From Octopus sinensis (Eukaryota): a stretch of 64,000 bases of DNA. The position numbers and the translations under genes are program-made. The stretch spans positions 27,652,001 to 27,716,000 of the forward strand of contig NC_043009.1 of the NCBI RefSeq assembly GCF_006345805.1, written 5' to 3'. Of the stretch, positions 1 to 12,194 are shown in pieces; positions within the stretch are counted from its first letter, which is position 1, and every line of letters starts with the position of its first letter. The notes beneath the pieces are model-generated. The model was not told where the DNA came from, searched no databases, and saw only the letters and a program-made list of their open reading frames with translations.

Positions 1-220
1 AATTCTCTTTGTAATCTTTTTACATCGCTGCTGGTGAACAATGTTGCCATTTCCAGGTTTCCAATAAGCCAATCACAGCATTTATGAATGAAAGAGGGAT
101 CAGTATTCATAACTTGATGCAAAACAAACATCTCAAGGGACCTTATAAATAACACTTATTTTGGCCATCTCATTTACAATTATACACTTTGCTGATATAC
201 TTCAGTGAAAGGCATACGTT

Positions 221-257
<37 letters not shown>

Positions 258-421
258 GCACACATATGTTCACATAAACACACATATAAGTGTGTGTTTC
301 AGTTGTTTACTTTATGTTTATTTTTCCATGCTAGGAAGGGTTCAAAAGAGACGTCTTTGAACCAATATTATATGGCCAGATACCCATCCAGTTGTCAAAA
401 AATGCTTGTTTTTCAAATTAG

Positions 422-457
422 GAACATTCATTACGTTCTGCTATTCCATTACTCTTT
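422..457 (+). other. Candidate 36-nt internal exon (EHSLRSAIPLLF, phase 0-0)
   Basis: Acceptor tgcttgtttttcaaattAG at 420-421, donor GTAAGT at 458, open in phase 0. No homology recognised. Confidence 0.25.
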
Positions 458-580
458 GTAAGTGTAGATCTCCAGGATGTATTGATTAATGGGAACACAG
501 TCATGATAACAATGTTTTGTACAAACTTTCACAAAGGCAACATTAAGGTGTACACACACACACACACACATGCACACACA

Positions 581-775
581 GCATGATTTAGTGGTTAAAG
601 TATTGCACTCATGATCAAACTAGGTGACTCATCATGTTCTTGAGCAAGATGTTTCATTTCTCTGAGCCACTGAGCTGGCAAAGATAAGTAATCCTGAAAT
701 GGAATGGTGTCCCATCCAAAGTGAGAATATACACAACACAGAATGCAGGAAACCACTCCTATGAGCCATAGGCTG
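581..775 (+). mobile_element. Degenerate tRNA-derived Meta/V-type SINE
   Basis: A-box-like tagtggttaaag, then ttcttgagcaaga...ctgagctggcaaa and gaatggtgtcccatcca; same layout as the copies at 36040 and 41810. Confidence 0.55.
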
Positions 776-1550
776 ATATATGTGTGTGTGTGTGTGTGCG
801 CATGTATTAATATCTACTTACATACATAGATACACATATACATACAATATGTGTGTGTGTGTGTGTGTATATATATATGTATATATACTAACATACATAT
901 ACACATATACGCACAATATAAGTGTGTATGTATGTATACACATAAATATATAAAATATATGCATATGGCTATGTGCACACATAACTAGGAAAAGTAATTC
1001 AATGTTTTATTTCACGCTGTAATTATTCAAGGAGAGAGAATAATATTTTTTCTTATTTTTCAGATATCTTAATTTTATTCATTTTTATTTTTTGTTAAAA
1101 AAAAATATAATTAATGCCAGACATTTCTGCTCCAATCAATTATTTGGGAGAAATTTCAGTGAGAAAAAAAGAAAAAAAGAAAATATATATTCGATTTTCC
1201 TATTAAAAGTTTTGATTTATTTTGGGACGATATACATTAAAAGAATCTTCCGCAGCACCACATCAATAAGAATAATGATTTATCAAAGAAAGGACAAAAA
1301 TGTAATTAGTCAAATATAAAATATATTTTCAAAGAAGAAAATGGAAAAAGTTTCTTAAAATAAAGGAGAAAATTAAATACAGCAAACTATGATTAAGTTA
1401 GGATTGTTTTTAAAATATAAGTTAAATGAAAATGAAGTCAATGTAATTAGTAAGTTACAAAGTCTTCGTTAAAAGATACGTCTTTTAAAATTATTGAACA
1501 TTTTTTCATACATTAATTATTTGTTCGTTTGTTCATTTTATACTTATCAT

Positions 1551-1756
1551 TTTACTCTTTTACTTGTTTCAGTCATTTGACTGTGGCCGTTCTGGAGCAC
1601 CGCCTTTAGTCGAGCAAATCGATCCCAGTACTTATTCTTTGTAAGCCTAGTACTTATTCTATTGGTTCTCTTTTGCTGAACTGCTAAGTTATGGGGACAT
1701 AAACACACCAACATCGGTTGTCAAGCGATGTTGGGGCGACAAACACAGACACACAA

Positions 1757-1796
<40 letters not shown>

Positions 1797-1973
1797 GCAC
1801 ATATATATATTTATACATACATATATACGACAGGCTTCTTTCAGTTTCCGTCAACCAAATCCACTCACAAGACTTTGATCGGCCCGAGGCTATAGTGGAA
1901 TACACTTGACAAGCTGCCACACAGTGGAACTGAACCCAGAACCATGTGGTTTGTAAGCAAGCTACTTACCACA
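1551..1973 (-). mobile_element. tRNA-derived SINE (family A, internal CA/TA microsatellite), near full length
   Basis: Reverse complement of the + copy at 21617-22062: B-box-like ggttcagttccactg, ccgatcaaagtcttgtgagtggatttgg, internal microsatellite, 3' gactgaaacaagtaaaagagtaaa tail. Confidence 0.9.
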
Positions 1974-1982
1974 TCATTTCTT

Positions 1983-2245
1983 TTTAACTTGTTTCAGTCA
2001 TTGGACTGCAGTCATGCAGGAGTACCACCTTGAAGAGTTTAGCTGACCAAATCGACTCCGGTACTTACTTGGTGCTTATCTGGTACCTATTCTATTAGTC
2101 TTTTTGCCAAACTGCTAAGTTATGGGGATGTAAGCTAACCAACCATGTTTGTTAAGTGGCAGTGGGGTCAAACCCAGCAGAAACACAAAGACACACACAT
2201 ATACATATATTTATACATATATATATATATATACATTATATATAT

Positions 2246-2284
<39 letters not shown>

Positions 2285-2629
2285 CACAGGGAGAGTTTAT
2301 GAAAAAAGAAAAAGCGAAGACAGGTGGTGTATAAAACAAACAGATGTATTAGTATAACACTCAGGAACAGAAAAAGTCTTTTACGTTTCGAGCCTATGCT
2401 CTTCTACCGAAAGGGACACAGAAAAAACAAGGAGAGAAACAAGGAGAGAAAAAAAACAAGGAAAGAAAAAATATATATATGGAGTTTCTGTCTAGTTACT
2501 TCACCCATAAGATATTGGCTGACCTGAGGTAATGTTAGAAAGCACTTGCCCAATGTACAGCACAACAGAATTGAACCTAAAACCAACTAGTTGTTAAACA
2601 AGCTTCTTATCCACTCACCCATGCCTGCC
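1983..2629 (-). mobile_element. Family A SINE interrupted in its internal microsatellite
   Basis: 3' half at 1983-2175 and degenerate 5' half at ~2490-2629, separated by TA/CA repeats and an unrelated insert. Confidence 0.75.
2288..2470 (-). mobile_element. Probable Penelope-like element terminal fragment with degenerate hammerhead-like motif
   Basis: Minus strand reads cttt-CGGTAGA-A-gagc(atag)gctc-GAAAC-GTA-aaag, the topology of the minimal type I hammerheads found in Penelope-like LTRs. Confidence 0.5.
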
Positions 2630-2775
2630 ATAAAGTTATAAGATTACAGTCAAGTATAGAGTCAGGTGTTTCTTAGATTGAGATGAGACCATGTGTGTTT
2701 GGTTGGGTATATTGGATTCAAACTACATCATTTATTTTCTACATGCTGTTGTTTTTTTTTTTTTTACCTTTTTAG

Positions 2776-2797
2776 CCTTCTTTGTACAAAGTAACAG
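2776..2797 (+). other. Candidate 22-nt microexon (PSLYKVT in phase 0)
   Basis: Long poly-T tract ending tttttAG (2774-2775), then donor CAG|GTAAAT at 2798. Confidence 0.35.
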
Positions 2798-3541
2798 GTA
2801 AATAAAATATCTGTAACTGTGACAGCCACCTTAATGGAAAATGGACATTAAAGGAACAGCTATTGTAATTATAAAACACCTGCAGTTTTAAATACCCTTA
2901 TTTCCATCAGGTATATAGAAATAAAAGTCTGGAAGTCTTAACAACAATAACAACAACAATACTTGTAAAAGTTAATGTAAATAAATGAATAAATAAGATA
3001 ATATAGGTGGGTTGCAGTGGGGGTAACTTCCTGACTATAGTTCTTTGTTTCCTAATGAGAAAAATGTCCTGAAAGACTAGAAGTCATTTCCTTCAGGGTC
3101 TGTTGCTAAACAAAAGCCAAACCCAGTGGGTAGCTTCCAGGTAAAAACTGAGGGGGCCAGACAGGTACAAATATATTGAAGAGAATTTCTTAACAGGTTA
3201 ATTTATCAGTTTTCCTGTTGGCAGGTAATGGGCAAGAGTGAGAGGTGAGTAAGATGAAGGTGCCAGGTAACTACTCTTAAAACACACTATTAACTTCCTA
3301 GCTTACAAAGCTCTGACATTAATTGCTGCTAATGCTTTGGCTATTTAAGTCAAACACTCACTCCCACCCACCCTGGACCTCTCCTCCATATTGCTATGGT
3401 ACAATATTACAGCCACATAAAGGTGCAAATTATAGAGTATGCTTATAGATTGAGGGTGGACGAGTAGGCAGAGTGGAGGTGGTTGAGAAGACTGGGTGGA
3501 AAATACTTATGTATCTCTATGATTAGATATGTGTGTTTATG

Positions 3542-3573
<32 letters not shown>

Positions 3574-4479
3574 CGTGCAGGTTTATGTTATGTGTATGTG
3601 TTTAAGTTGTGTATTTGTGTACCTGGAAATACACACACGCACACACACATGCACACACACATGACTGCCGTAAAAATCTGACTGACATAAAAATCTTGTG
3701 TGTTGTGTGTGTATGAGTGTGTGTGTGTATGAGTGTGTGTGTGTGTGTGTGTATAGATGTGTTTGTGTGTGTATATATATATGTATATATGTATGCATAT
3801 ATATACTCATTGATACATATCTATATCTGTATATGCATACATATACATATACACATATAGGTGTGTATACATAAATGTATGTGTATGCATATATAATATA
3901 TAAATATGTGTTCATATAAACACACACATCATATGAGTGTGTGTGTGTGTGAGTGGAGTGGGGGATTATGTACTGAAGTGTTAGTAGCAGAGATGAAACA
4001 GGAATGCCAAGCGTGATAAATGTCTGTCTCTTCCTGAGTTTGTTGGTCTCTTACTGTTATTTACTTAAGAATTTCTTAATTATACACGTGCATACATGTC
4101 TTATATGAGGGTGTATATATCTGACCTCAACTGCCAACCAAAAGACTGAAGGAGCAAATATACATGGAAAACCAAATGTTCAGCTTTAGTCATTGGAATA
4201 AGAAAAGAAAAAGGTGGGTGGGCAATTGAATAAAAACTGAAAGAGGTTATGATGATTATTGTGGTGATAATGATGGTGATGATATCAGGAGTCGGATGAA
4301 AATAAAATAAAATGAAATAAAATATATAAGCAAAAATATAGATGTTGGGGTGGGAGTGGTGGAGGAACTAATAATAATAATGAATTTCAGTCACAAAAAA
4401 TACAGGATGTCCCTTAATAGGGAAATACAGAAAAAAAAAATTCCTTGAGGATATTGTCTGAAATATTGGTTAATTTGAC

Positions 4480-5052
<573 letters not shown>

Positions 5053-5439
5053 TTGTGAAATTGGTGACACATAATGAGGAACAGCACACCAGTGCACACA
5101 AATTGTCGCAAAGAATCAGATACATCTGGGTTTAAATAAATAACTATTTACATATTTAAGACTTTAGAGGAAATGATATTGATGTTGTTGTTGTTGTGGT
5201 TGTGGCTATATAGTTTGATTTCCTGTATTCATAAAAGGAAAAGTTTGAGGAAGGGATGAGAAAAAAAAAAGAAGGTAACCGGAAAAGGTTCTGAAAAGGG
5301 GGGAAATAAGGAGAGTGGGAGGGGGAGTGGCGAGTGGGATGAATTCGGATCAAAGTATTAATTATACAACACTCCTTGATCACTTCCCTATTGGTGGGGA
5401 AAACGAGGATGATATTAATTTGATTTCAGAATAAAGATA

Positions 5440-5443
5440 ATGG

Positions 5444-5483
<40 letters not shown>

Positions 5484-5660
5484 AAAAGGAAGGACACAGC
5501 AACTATGATTGAACAATAACAATAGTGGTGTTAGTTGTAGTTTTTATTATTATTACTATTATTATTATTATTAATATTATTATTATTATTATCATCATTA
5601 TTATTATTATTATCATTACTATTATTATTAGCATCATCTTCATTATTATTATTCTCACAG
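5440..5660. repeat. (GAT)n and (ATT/ATC)n trinucleotide repeats
   Basis: Directly visible. Confidence 0.9.
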
Positions 5661-5689
5661 ACATTTTTTTGTGTTTAACAATCTATAAG

Positions 5690-5900
5690 GCAGAGAGCCT
5701 GCTGGGTTGGAATTGTTAAAGCCCAGGACAAAATGCCTAGTGGTGTTTCTTTCAGATCATTGTATTCTGCATTTAGAACCCACCTTTTGTCCCTTTGGCG
5801 TTGATAAAATAAAATGTACCTGCCAAGTCTTGAGGTCAATAATTGACTATTCTCCTGCAGTTGAAACTGCTGGCTTTGTGCCTTAATTAGAAAACTATTA
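5690..5900 (+). mobile_element. Degenerate Nin/Deu-domain tRNA SINE
   Basis: aaaatgcctagtggt and cctttggcgttgataaaataaa motifs plus ATT tail, similar to the intact copy at 59220-59452. Confidence 0.65.
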
Positions 5901-5926
5901 TTATCATTATTATCATTACTTTTTTT

Positions 5927-6110
5927 AAGGCAGTGAACTGGCAGAATCGTTAGTATGGTGGGTTCTACCAAGGTTGATTTGCCTTTCATACTCTCAGGGT
6001 CGATATGATAAGTACCAGTTGTACACTGGGGCGAGGGTCAATGTAATCAACCTATCCCCCTCCTTGCACTTGCTGGCCTTGTGCAAAAATTTGAAGCCAA
6101 TATTAGCAGT
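5927..6110 (+). mobile_element. Nin/Deu-domain tRNA SINE (internally deleted)
   Basis: ggcagtgaactggcagaatcgttag head; tttgcctttcat...gggtcgata..aagtaccagt core. Confidence 0.8.
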
Positions 6111-6470
6111 AGTAATAGTAGTAGTATGAGCTGTATTGGTGCTGATGGTAGTGGAGATAGTGATAGTAGTATTAGCAGCAGCAGTAGTAGTAATAGTAGT
6201 TGTAGTAGTAGTATTAGTCGTGGTAGTAGTAGTAGTAGTAGCAGTAGTAGTAGTAGTAGCAGTAGTAGTGTTAGCAGTAGTTGTAGTAATAGTTGCAGTA
6301 GTTTTATTATTATTATTATTATTGTTGTTGTTGTTGTTGTTGTTGTTATTATTATTATTGTTATTATTATTACTATAACTTTCATTATTATTGTTATTAT
6401 TATTGCTATTATTATTATTATTATTAGTAGTAGTAGTAGTAGTAGTAAAATGTAGTGTTGGTAGCAGTAG
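6105..6470. repeat. Compound (AGT/AGC)n-(ATT/GTT)n trinucleotide array
   Basis: Directly visible; source of the poly-S/V/L ORFs. Confidence 0.95.
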
Positions 6471-7117
6471 GTATGGAGGAAGCTGTCGGCTGAAATATGT
6501 TAGCAGTAATTCAGCGATGACAATGGTCTGTCATTAAAATGACATAATAATTGTCTTGCTCGTTGAGTATTTTCTCATTTAACTCTAGCCGAGCAGATCC
6601 ATGATACACAGGAAACTGATCAAAATGCTTGATGATAATCACCACGTCAAACACACTATTTTTTTGACATGTTTCACTCAAGCCTGGAACTATGGTTATA
6701 TAGGTGCAATACAGGGTACACATAATCTTATTAGAGTTTTTTTTCTGTTGGGTTTATAACCACGTTTTTATATATGTAGTGAGGGGTACACACCATTTGC
6801 TGATGTTCAGTTATGCAAGGAAAAACCACAGTCATATCGATGCAGAATGTGTTTCTGTCAAATCTGAAACCATGGGTTTATAGCTGCAGTGTAGGTTACA
6901 CGTTGCTTTCTCAGGTTTTAGTCATGTCCACAATAGGGGCTTTATTGATCAACTAATCCTGCTCCTGTTCAAATTTCTAGCCTTCTGCCAATGTAATCAA
7001 TTCAGATCAGTTGTAAATAGCAAAAGTGTTAGATCATTGGACACTACTTCATGGTGTTTATTCTGGTTCAATACATTATTATTGTTGTCATTGTCGTTGT
7101 TGTTGTTGTTAAAATGG

Positions 7118-7325
7118 CAAGCTAGTAGAATCATCCCGTCAGTCAAAATAATTGTCAGTGTTTCTTCCAGCTCTTTATGTTCTGAGTTCAAATCCCATTG
7201 AAGTCGACTTTGCCTTTCATCCTTTTGGGGCTGATAAAATAAAGTTAGGCACAAGGGTTGGTGTAGTCAATTTACCCCTTCTCCTCAAAATTACTGGCCA
7301 TGTGCTACAATTTGAAACCATAATT
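7118..7325 (+). mobile_element. Nin/Deu-domain SINE followed by (CAT)(CTT)(ATT) tail expansion to ~7500
   Basis: gttctgagttcaaatccc B-box-like motif; gtcgactttgcctttcatccttttggggctgataaaataaag core. Confidence 0.85.
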
Positions 7326-7367
7326 ATCAGTTATCATCATCATCATCATTCTTCTTCTTCTTCTTAC

Positions 7368-7416
<49 letters not shown>

Positions 7417-7434
7417 ATCATCATCATCATCATT

Positions 7435-7465
<31 letters not shown>

Positions 7466-7504
7466 TTATTATTATTATTATCATTATCATCATCATCATC
7501 ATGA

Positions 7505-7732
7505 AGGTGGTGAGTTAGTAGAATCAGTAGAATTTTTGGATAAAATGCTTAGCATATTTCTTCGTATTTCTTATGTCATTTAATGTTTTGAGTTCAAATT
7601 CCACTGGAGCCAACTTTACCTTTCATCTTTTCAGAGTCAATGAAACAAAGTATCAGTCATGTACTGAGGAGGGTCAATGTAATTGATTAACTGCTTCCCC
7701 ACAAAATTATTGGCATTGAGCCAAAGCCTAAA

Positions 7733-7735
<3 letters not shown>
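7505..7735 (+). mobile_element. Nin/Deu-domain SINE with (ATT)n tail
   Basis: aaggtggtgagttagtagaatc head, gagttcaaattcc, tttacctttcatcttttcagagtcaatgaa core. Confidence 0.8.
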
Positions 7736-7772
<37 letters not shown>

Positions 7773-7777
<5 letters not shown>

Positions 7778-8356
7778 TCTGCCTTTGCGAAGGTATAGCT
7801 TTCAGTCGTGTTTGTTTGTTTGACAGTGGACAAGAAATCTCAAGAACCACTGGATGGATTTGGATGAAACTTTCAGGGATGTTTGGCCTCATGACTGGCA
7901 TGAATTGATTAGATTTTGGGATCGATCTGGTGCCAGACAAAGATTCTGGATTATTTTTTGTTATATTTACATGATTACGAGCTTACATTAACTTTCAAGT
8001 CTTTTTCAGTTATCTCCCTTTAGCTTGTAACTATTTTGAATGGTGAATTTGTTCACTTTGGCTTGTATGAGATAAGGATAAACTATTTATTCCTGTTACT
8101 AAATTTTCTACAGCCACCTTCACATTCTATGATTACTACTGGGATCAATCAGGTACTGAACAAGGATTCTGGATTATTTTTCACTGTTTTCTTTTACTTA
8201 ATTTTTGAGAGCAGTTGGTTCATTTTTAGTATTCTCGTTTATGAGAGAATTCAAGTTTATTTCAGATATTCTCATTTTAAAAATCATCTCTGGCTAATCA
8301 TCGCGAGGACGTTGGTGTTGCCTTGGCGGAGGTTTGCACTCTGTGAGTGCTCTTGT
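7773..8356 (+). mobile_element. Non-autonomous Helentron-associated element (HINE/DINE-1-like)
   Basis: 5' ttACCTCTGCC...; short gtttgtttgttt repeat; 3' subterminal inverted repeat CCTTGGCGGAGGT (8321-8333) followed by hairpin GCACTC-tgt-GAGTGC (8336-8350) and a T-rich end; internal duplication of gggatc...ggattctggattattttt. Confidence 0.75.
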
Positions 8357-8388
8357 TTTTGATGTTATTATTATTATTATTATTATCA

Positions 8389-8447
<59 letters not shown>

Positions 8448-8772
8448 GTAATTAGCTCTTCATGTTTTGAGCTCAAATCCTGACAAAGTCAACTTAGTTG
8501 TCCTTCATCCTCCTGGAGATCAATAAAATGAACCACTGGTTTGATTCAATTAACTAACGCTCACCCCCATCCTCCCCAAAATTGTGATCTTGTAGTTATG
8601 ATAGAAATTGGTTTATTAATCATAGTAATGATGATAAGGGGGAAGAAAGGTTGAAGATGGTGTTGTTGTTGTTGGTAGTGATGGTGGTGAAAAATATGAA
8701 AATAGCATGAAGTGCAAAACAGAAACTGAAGAAAAAGGCAAAAGAAATGAAATGCAAGAAGGACCAATTTCA

Positions 8773-8838
<66 letters not shown>

Positions 8839-9013
8839 TCTCAGATTAGACCAGACCAAGATAGTTTATAACATTGCATTTATCTTTTTAATATTTCTAA
8901 GTACAACTTATGACTCAATCTCATTTAGTTCTGCTGTATCATCTCTATGATTAATAAATTATGAAATCAGTAAATATCAGAGCTGAAAAAAGGAAATCAA
9001 TTTATTATCATTA

Positions 9014-9049
<36 letters not shown>

Positions 9050-9064
9050 GTACCATCATTTACG

Positions 9065-9360
9065 ATAGTGAGCTGGCAGAATTGTTAGCATGCTTAACAA
9101 AATGCTTAGTGGTATATTATCTGAGCTCCGATTCTGGCAAGGTCAACTTAGCCTTCCCTTCTTTTGGGATGAGACAAAATAGCTTCATTTCTTGGAAGTC
9201 TTTATGTTCTTGAGTTCAAATCCCACTAAGATTAACTTTGCCTTTTTTTCCCTTTTGGGGTTGAAAAAAATAAAGTACCAGTCAAGTACTGGGGTTGGTA
9301 CAATTGACTATCCCCTCCCTTTAAAATTGCTTGTTTTTCCAAAATTAGGAACAATCATTA
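9065..9360 (+). mobile_element. Two tandem partial Nin/Deu-domain SINEs
   Basis: gagctggcagaattgttagca head at ~9070; second core ttgcctttttcccttttggggttgaaaaaaataaagtaccag at ~9240. Confidence 0.8.
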
Positions 9361-9384
9361 TTATTATTAGTGATAATAGCAATA

Positions 9385-9603
9385 ATCCTTCCTACTATAG
9401 GTACAAGGCCTGAAATTTGATGGGTGGGGGATAGTCGATTAGATCAACACCAGTATGCAACTGGTACTTAATTTATTGACCAGAAAGGATGAAAGGCAAA
9501 GTCGACCTGGGCAGAATTTGAACTCAGAACATGAAGACAGATGAAATACTGCTAAGCATTTCACCCAGCATGCTAACAATTCAACCATCTCGCTGCCTTC
9601 TTA
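9385..9603 (-). mobile_element. Nin/Deu-domain SINE, well preserved
   Basis: ggatgaaaggcaaagtcgacctgggcagaatttgaactcagaac matches the reverse complement of the family core. Confidence 0.9.
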
Positions 9604-9632
9604 ACAACAACAATAAGAACGATGACGACGAC

Positions 9633-9675
<43 letters not shown>

Positions 9676-9694
9676 TAATAATAATAATTATAAT

Positions 9695-9880
9695 GGTTTC
9701 TGATTTTGGCACATGGTCAAAGGGGGTTAAGTGATTATATCAACCCCAGTGCCTGACTGGTACTTCTGACCCAGGAGGGGTGAAAAGTGAAGTTAACTTT
9801 GACAGGATCTGAATTCAGAGCATAAAATATGAAATGAATTCTGCAAATTATTTTTACCAACTCGCTAATGATTTCGCAAA
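9695..9880 (-). mobile_element. Degenerate Nin/Deu-domain SINE
   Basis: ccccagtgcctgactggtact...gtgaaaagtgaagttaactttgacaggatctgaattcagagc. Confidence 0.7.
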
Positions 9881-11092
9881 TCCACCATCTTTGCTAATCC
9901 ACCAATTCTGTAGTTAATGAGGATTAATGAGACAGATTTAAGATATAGGGAGTGGATGGAGGGTTGACAATAACAAGGAGAATTAATGCTTTAAAGAAAG
10001 TCTAGTAGTAGTAATAGTAGTGATGGTTGTGATGGTGGTGGTGATGTTGGCAGTGGAGACGGTGGCAGCGGTGACAGTGGTAGTGGTGGTAGTAGTTAAA
10101 GTAGAAGCTGTAGTTGTTGCTGTTACTGCTGTTGTTGCTGTTTAACCCCAGGCCATCCCTGGTCAAGGAGAACCACGATCAAAGTCATTCCTTCTACAAC
10201 CATCTCAGATTACATTATCTAATGTGTTCATCCATTTTAAAGATGAATGAAGTGTAATTTAAGGGAGATTTAGCTACTCTTTCTAGCAAACATTCTAGTC
10301 CTCACATATGACTACTTCATTGGGTCATTGATCCTGAATTTTTCATAAATAGTTGTATTGCAACAGAACTATTATAAAAGGCAATTCTGCTATGACCATC
10401 CTGTCATTCTGTGAATATCTGGGATTATATTATTTAATGTGTGTCCATGCCATTTTCTAAAGTGGGTACAGTGTGATTTGAGGGAGTTGTGGCTGTTGTT
10501 TATAGCACTTCCAATGACTTCTTAGAGGTTCCCCCATTCATTTGTTCCTCAGTAGTTCTGAAATAGTTTATTGTAAGAAAACAATAACAAAAACATAAAC
10601 AAAATAATCTAAACAAATAAAGCAAACAAAAAAGCATTTAGTCATGCTTGACTGCAATCACTTATGATTAAACATCTGTATTGTTTAGTCATCAGTCACT
10701 AGTGGGTTTGACCTGTTTGTAGGACACTTTCTCTAATTATTTTAGTTAGTTATGTAGACATAAGCAAATATAGATGAGCAAATATACACACCCTCTTGAT
10801 TCCCCACCCCATCACACACACCCTCCAGCTGGTGGAACTTCAAAGATGTGACAGGTAGAAGGAAGTGAGAATTGCAACAGTGATGGGTCGGTACCCAATT
10901 TTAAGCAATGTGAACAGTACCTTGCTCAAGACCATAATATGCTGCAGAGTCAAGCAATGAAACCTACAGTCTTGTGATTATCAGCTCGACACATGATCAC
11001 TCACCTTTACAAATATCAATGACACCAAGAAATAATATATTGGGGTTTGAATCAAACACACGCACACAAAAATATACATACATATATATATA

Positions 11093-11646
11093 TACGAGGG
11101 AGAGTCAAAAAGTAATGCCATTTTGTTTAGGACAGGTATAGTTACCAACACAGAAACATGTATCATACATCAAAATGAAGCTGGTCCTCTGTGCATCACA
11201 TCCCTACTTCTCAACATAGTCACCGTTTCTCTCAATACCAATGTTCCACCTTCGAATGAGAGCATGTATCCCTGCTCTGTAAAATTCTGTTGAGTGTTCT
11301 TTGAGCCACTCCTTCACTATAGGTTTTCACTTCCTAGTCACTGGAATAATGTTTGCCTCTCAAACCCTCTTTCATGGGGCCGAAGAGATGATAGTCCAGT
11401 GACGAGGAAGTAAAAACTGTAGTGAAGAAGTGGCTCAAAGAACAGTCAACAGAATTTTATGGGGTAGGGATACATGCTCTCATTCGAAGGTGGAACATTG
11501 TTATTGATAGAAACAATGACTATGTTGAGAAGTAGGGATGTGATCTACAGAGGACCAGTTTCATTTTGATGTATGATACATGTTCCTGTGTTGGTAATAA
11601 TACCTGTCCTAAGCAAAATGGCATTACTTTTTGACTCTCCCTCGTA
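11093..11646. mobile_element. Mariner-derived foldback (palindromic) non-autonomous element
   Basis: TA-flanked termini TACGAGGGAGAGTCAAAAAGTAATGCC at both ends; ~255-bp inverted arms around a ~45-bp spacer; the right arm translates to a mariner C-terminus (SDEEVKTVVKKWLKEQSTEFYGVGIHALIRRWNIVIDRNNDYVEK*) and the spacer (minus) to DYHLFGPMKEGLRGKHY. Confidence 0.9.
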
Positions 11647-11677
11647 TATATATAGCCAATTGTAGACAAATAGGAAT

Positions 11678-11708
<31 letters not shown>

Positions 11709-12194
11709 AATATATATGTATATATAAACATATCTATATGTATATATGTGTATGTATGTAAATATGTATATATGTGTATGTATGTATGCATGTTTGTGTG
11801 TATGTATGTCTGTATAATCTTCTTCTTTGTCTAAAATTGACTTTGAGCCTAAGGAGGAAGGAAAAATCAATAAATTTGATAAGGTTGGATGAAATCAATA
11901 TTTAAGAACATTTAAGAGATCAATAGTTTAATAGTTTCAAAAGAACATTGTTTTCTACAATAAATATCAAAAGCTGTGCCAGTGTTTTCCCAAACATTGC
12001 CCTGTCGAGTAAAACAGACCAAGGCAGCAGTTTCGTTCTCTTTCTCTTCAGCTTGATTGCACTTCTTCTCAATGCTTGTTATTTCTTTCATCTTCTAACC
12101 CCGAGATACAACAAAGAGCAAGGAAAAAAAACCAGAAAAATAAAAAACGAAAAGGGAAAAGAGAAAAAGAAAAGAAAACACTCTTGGCAAGTCT

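Noticed and set aside
11912-12091. Minus-strand mini-ORF MKEITSIEKKCNQAEEKENETAALVCFTRQGNVWENTG...
   Set aside because: Has an upstream pyrimidine tract but no good donor, no recognisable homology and no partner exons on the minus strand.
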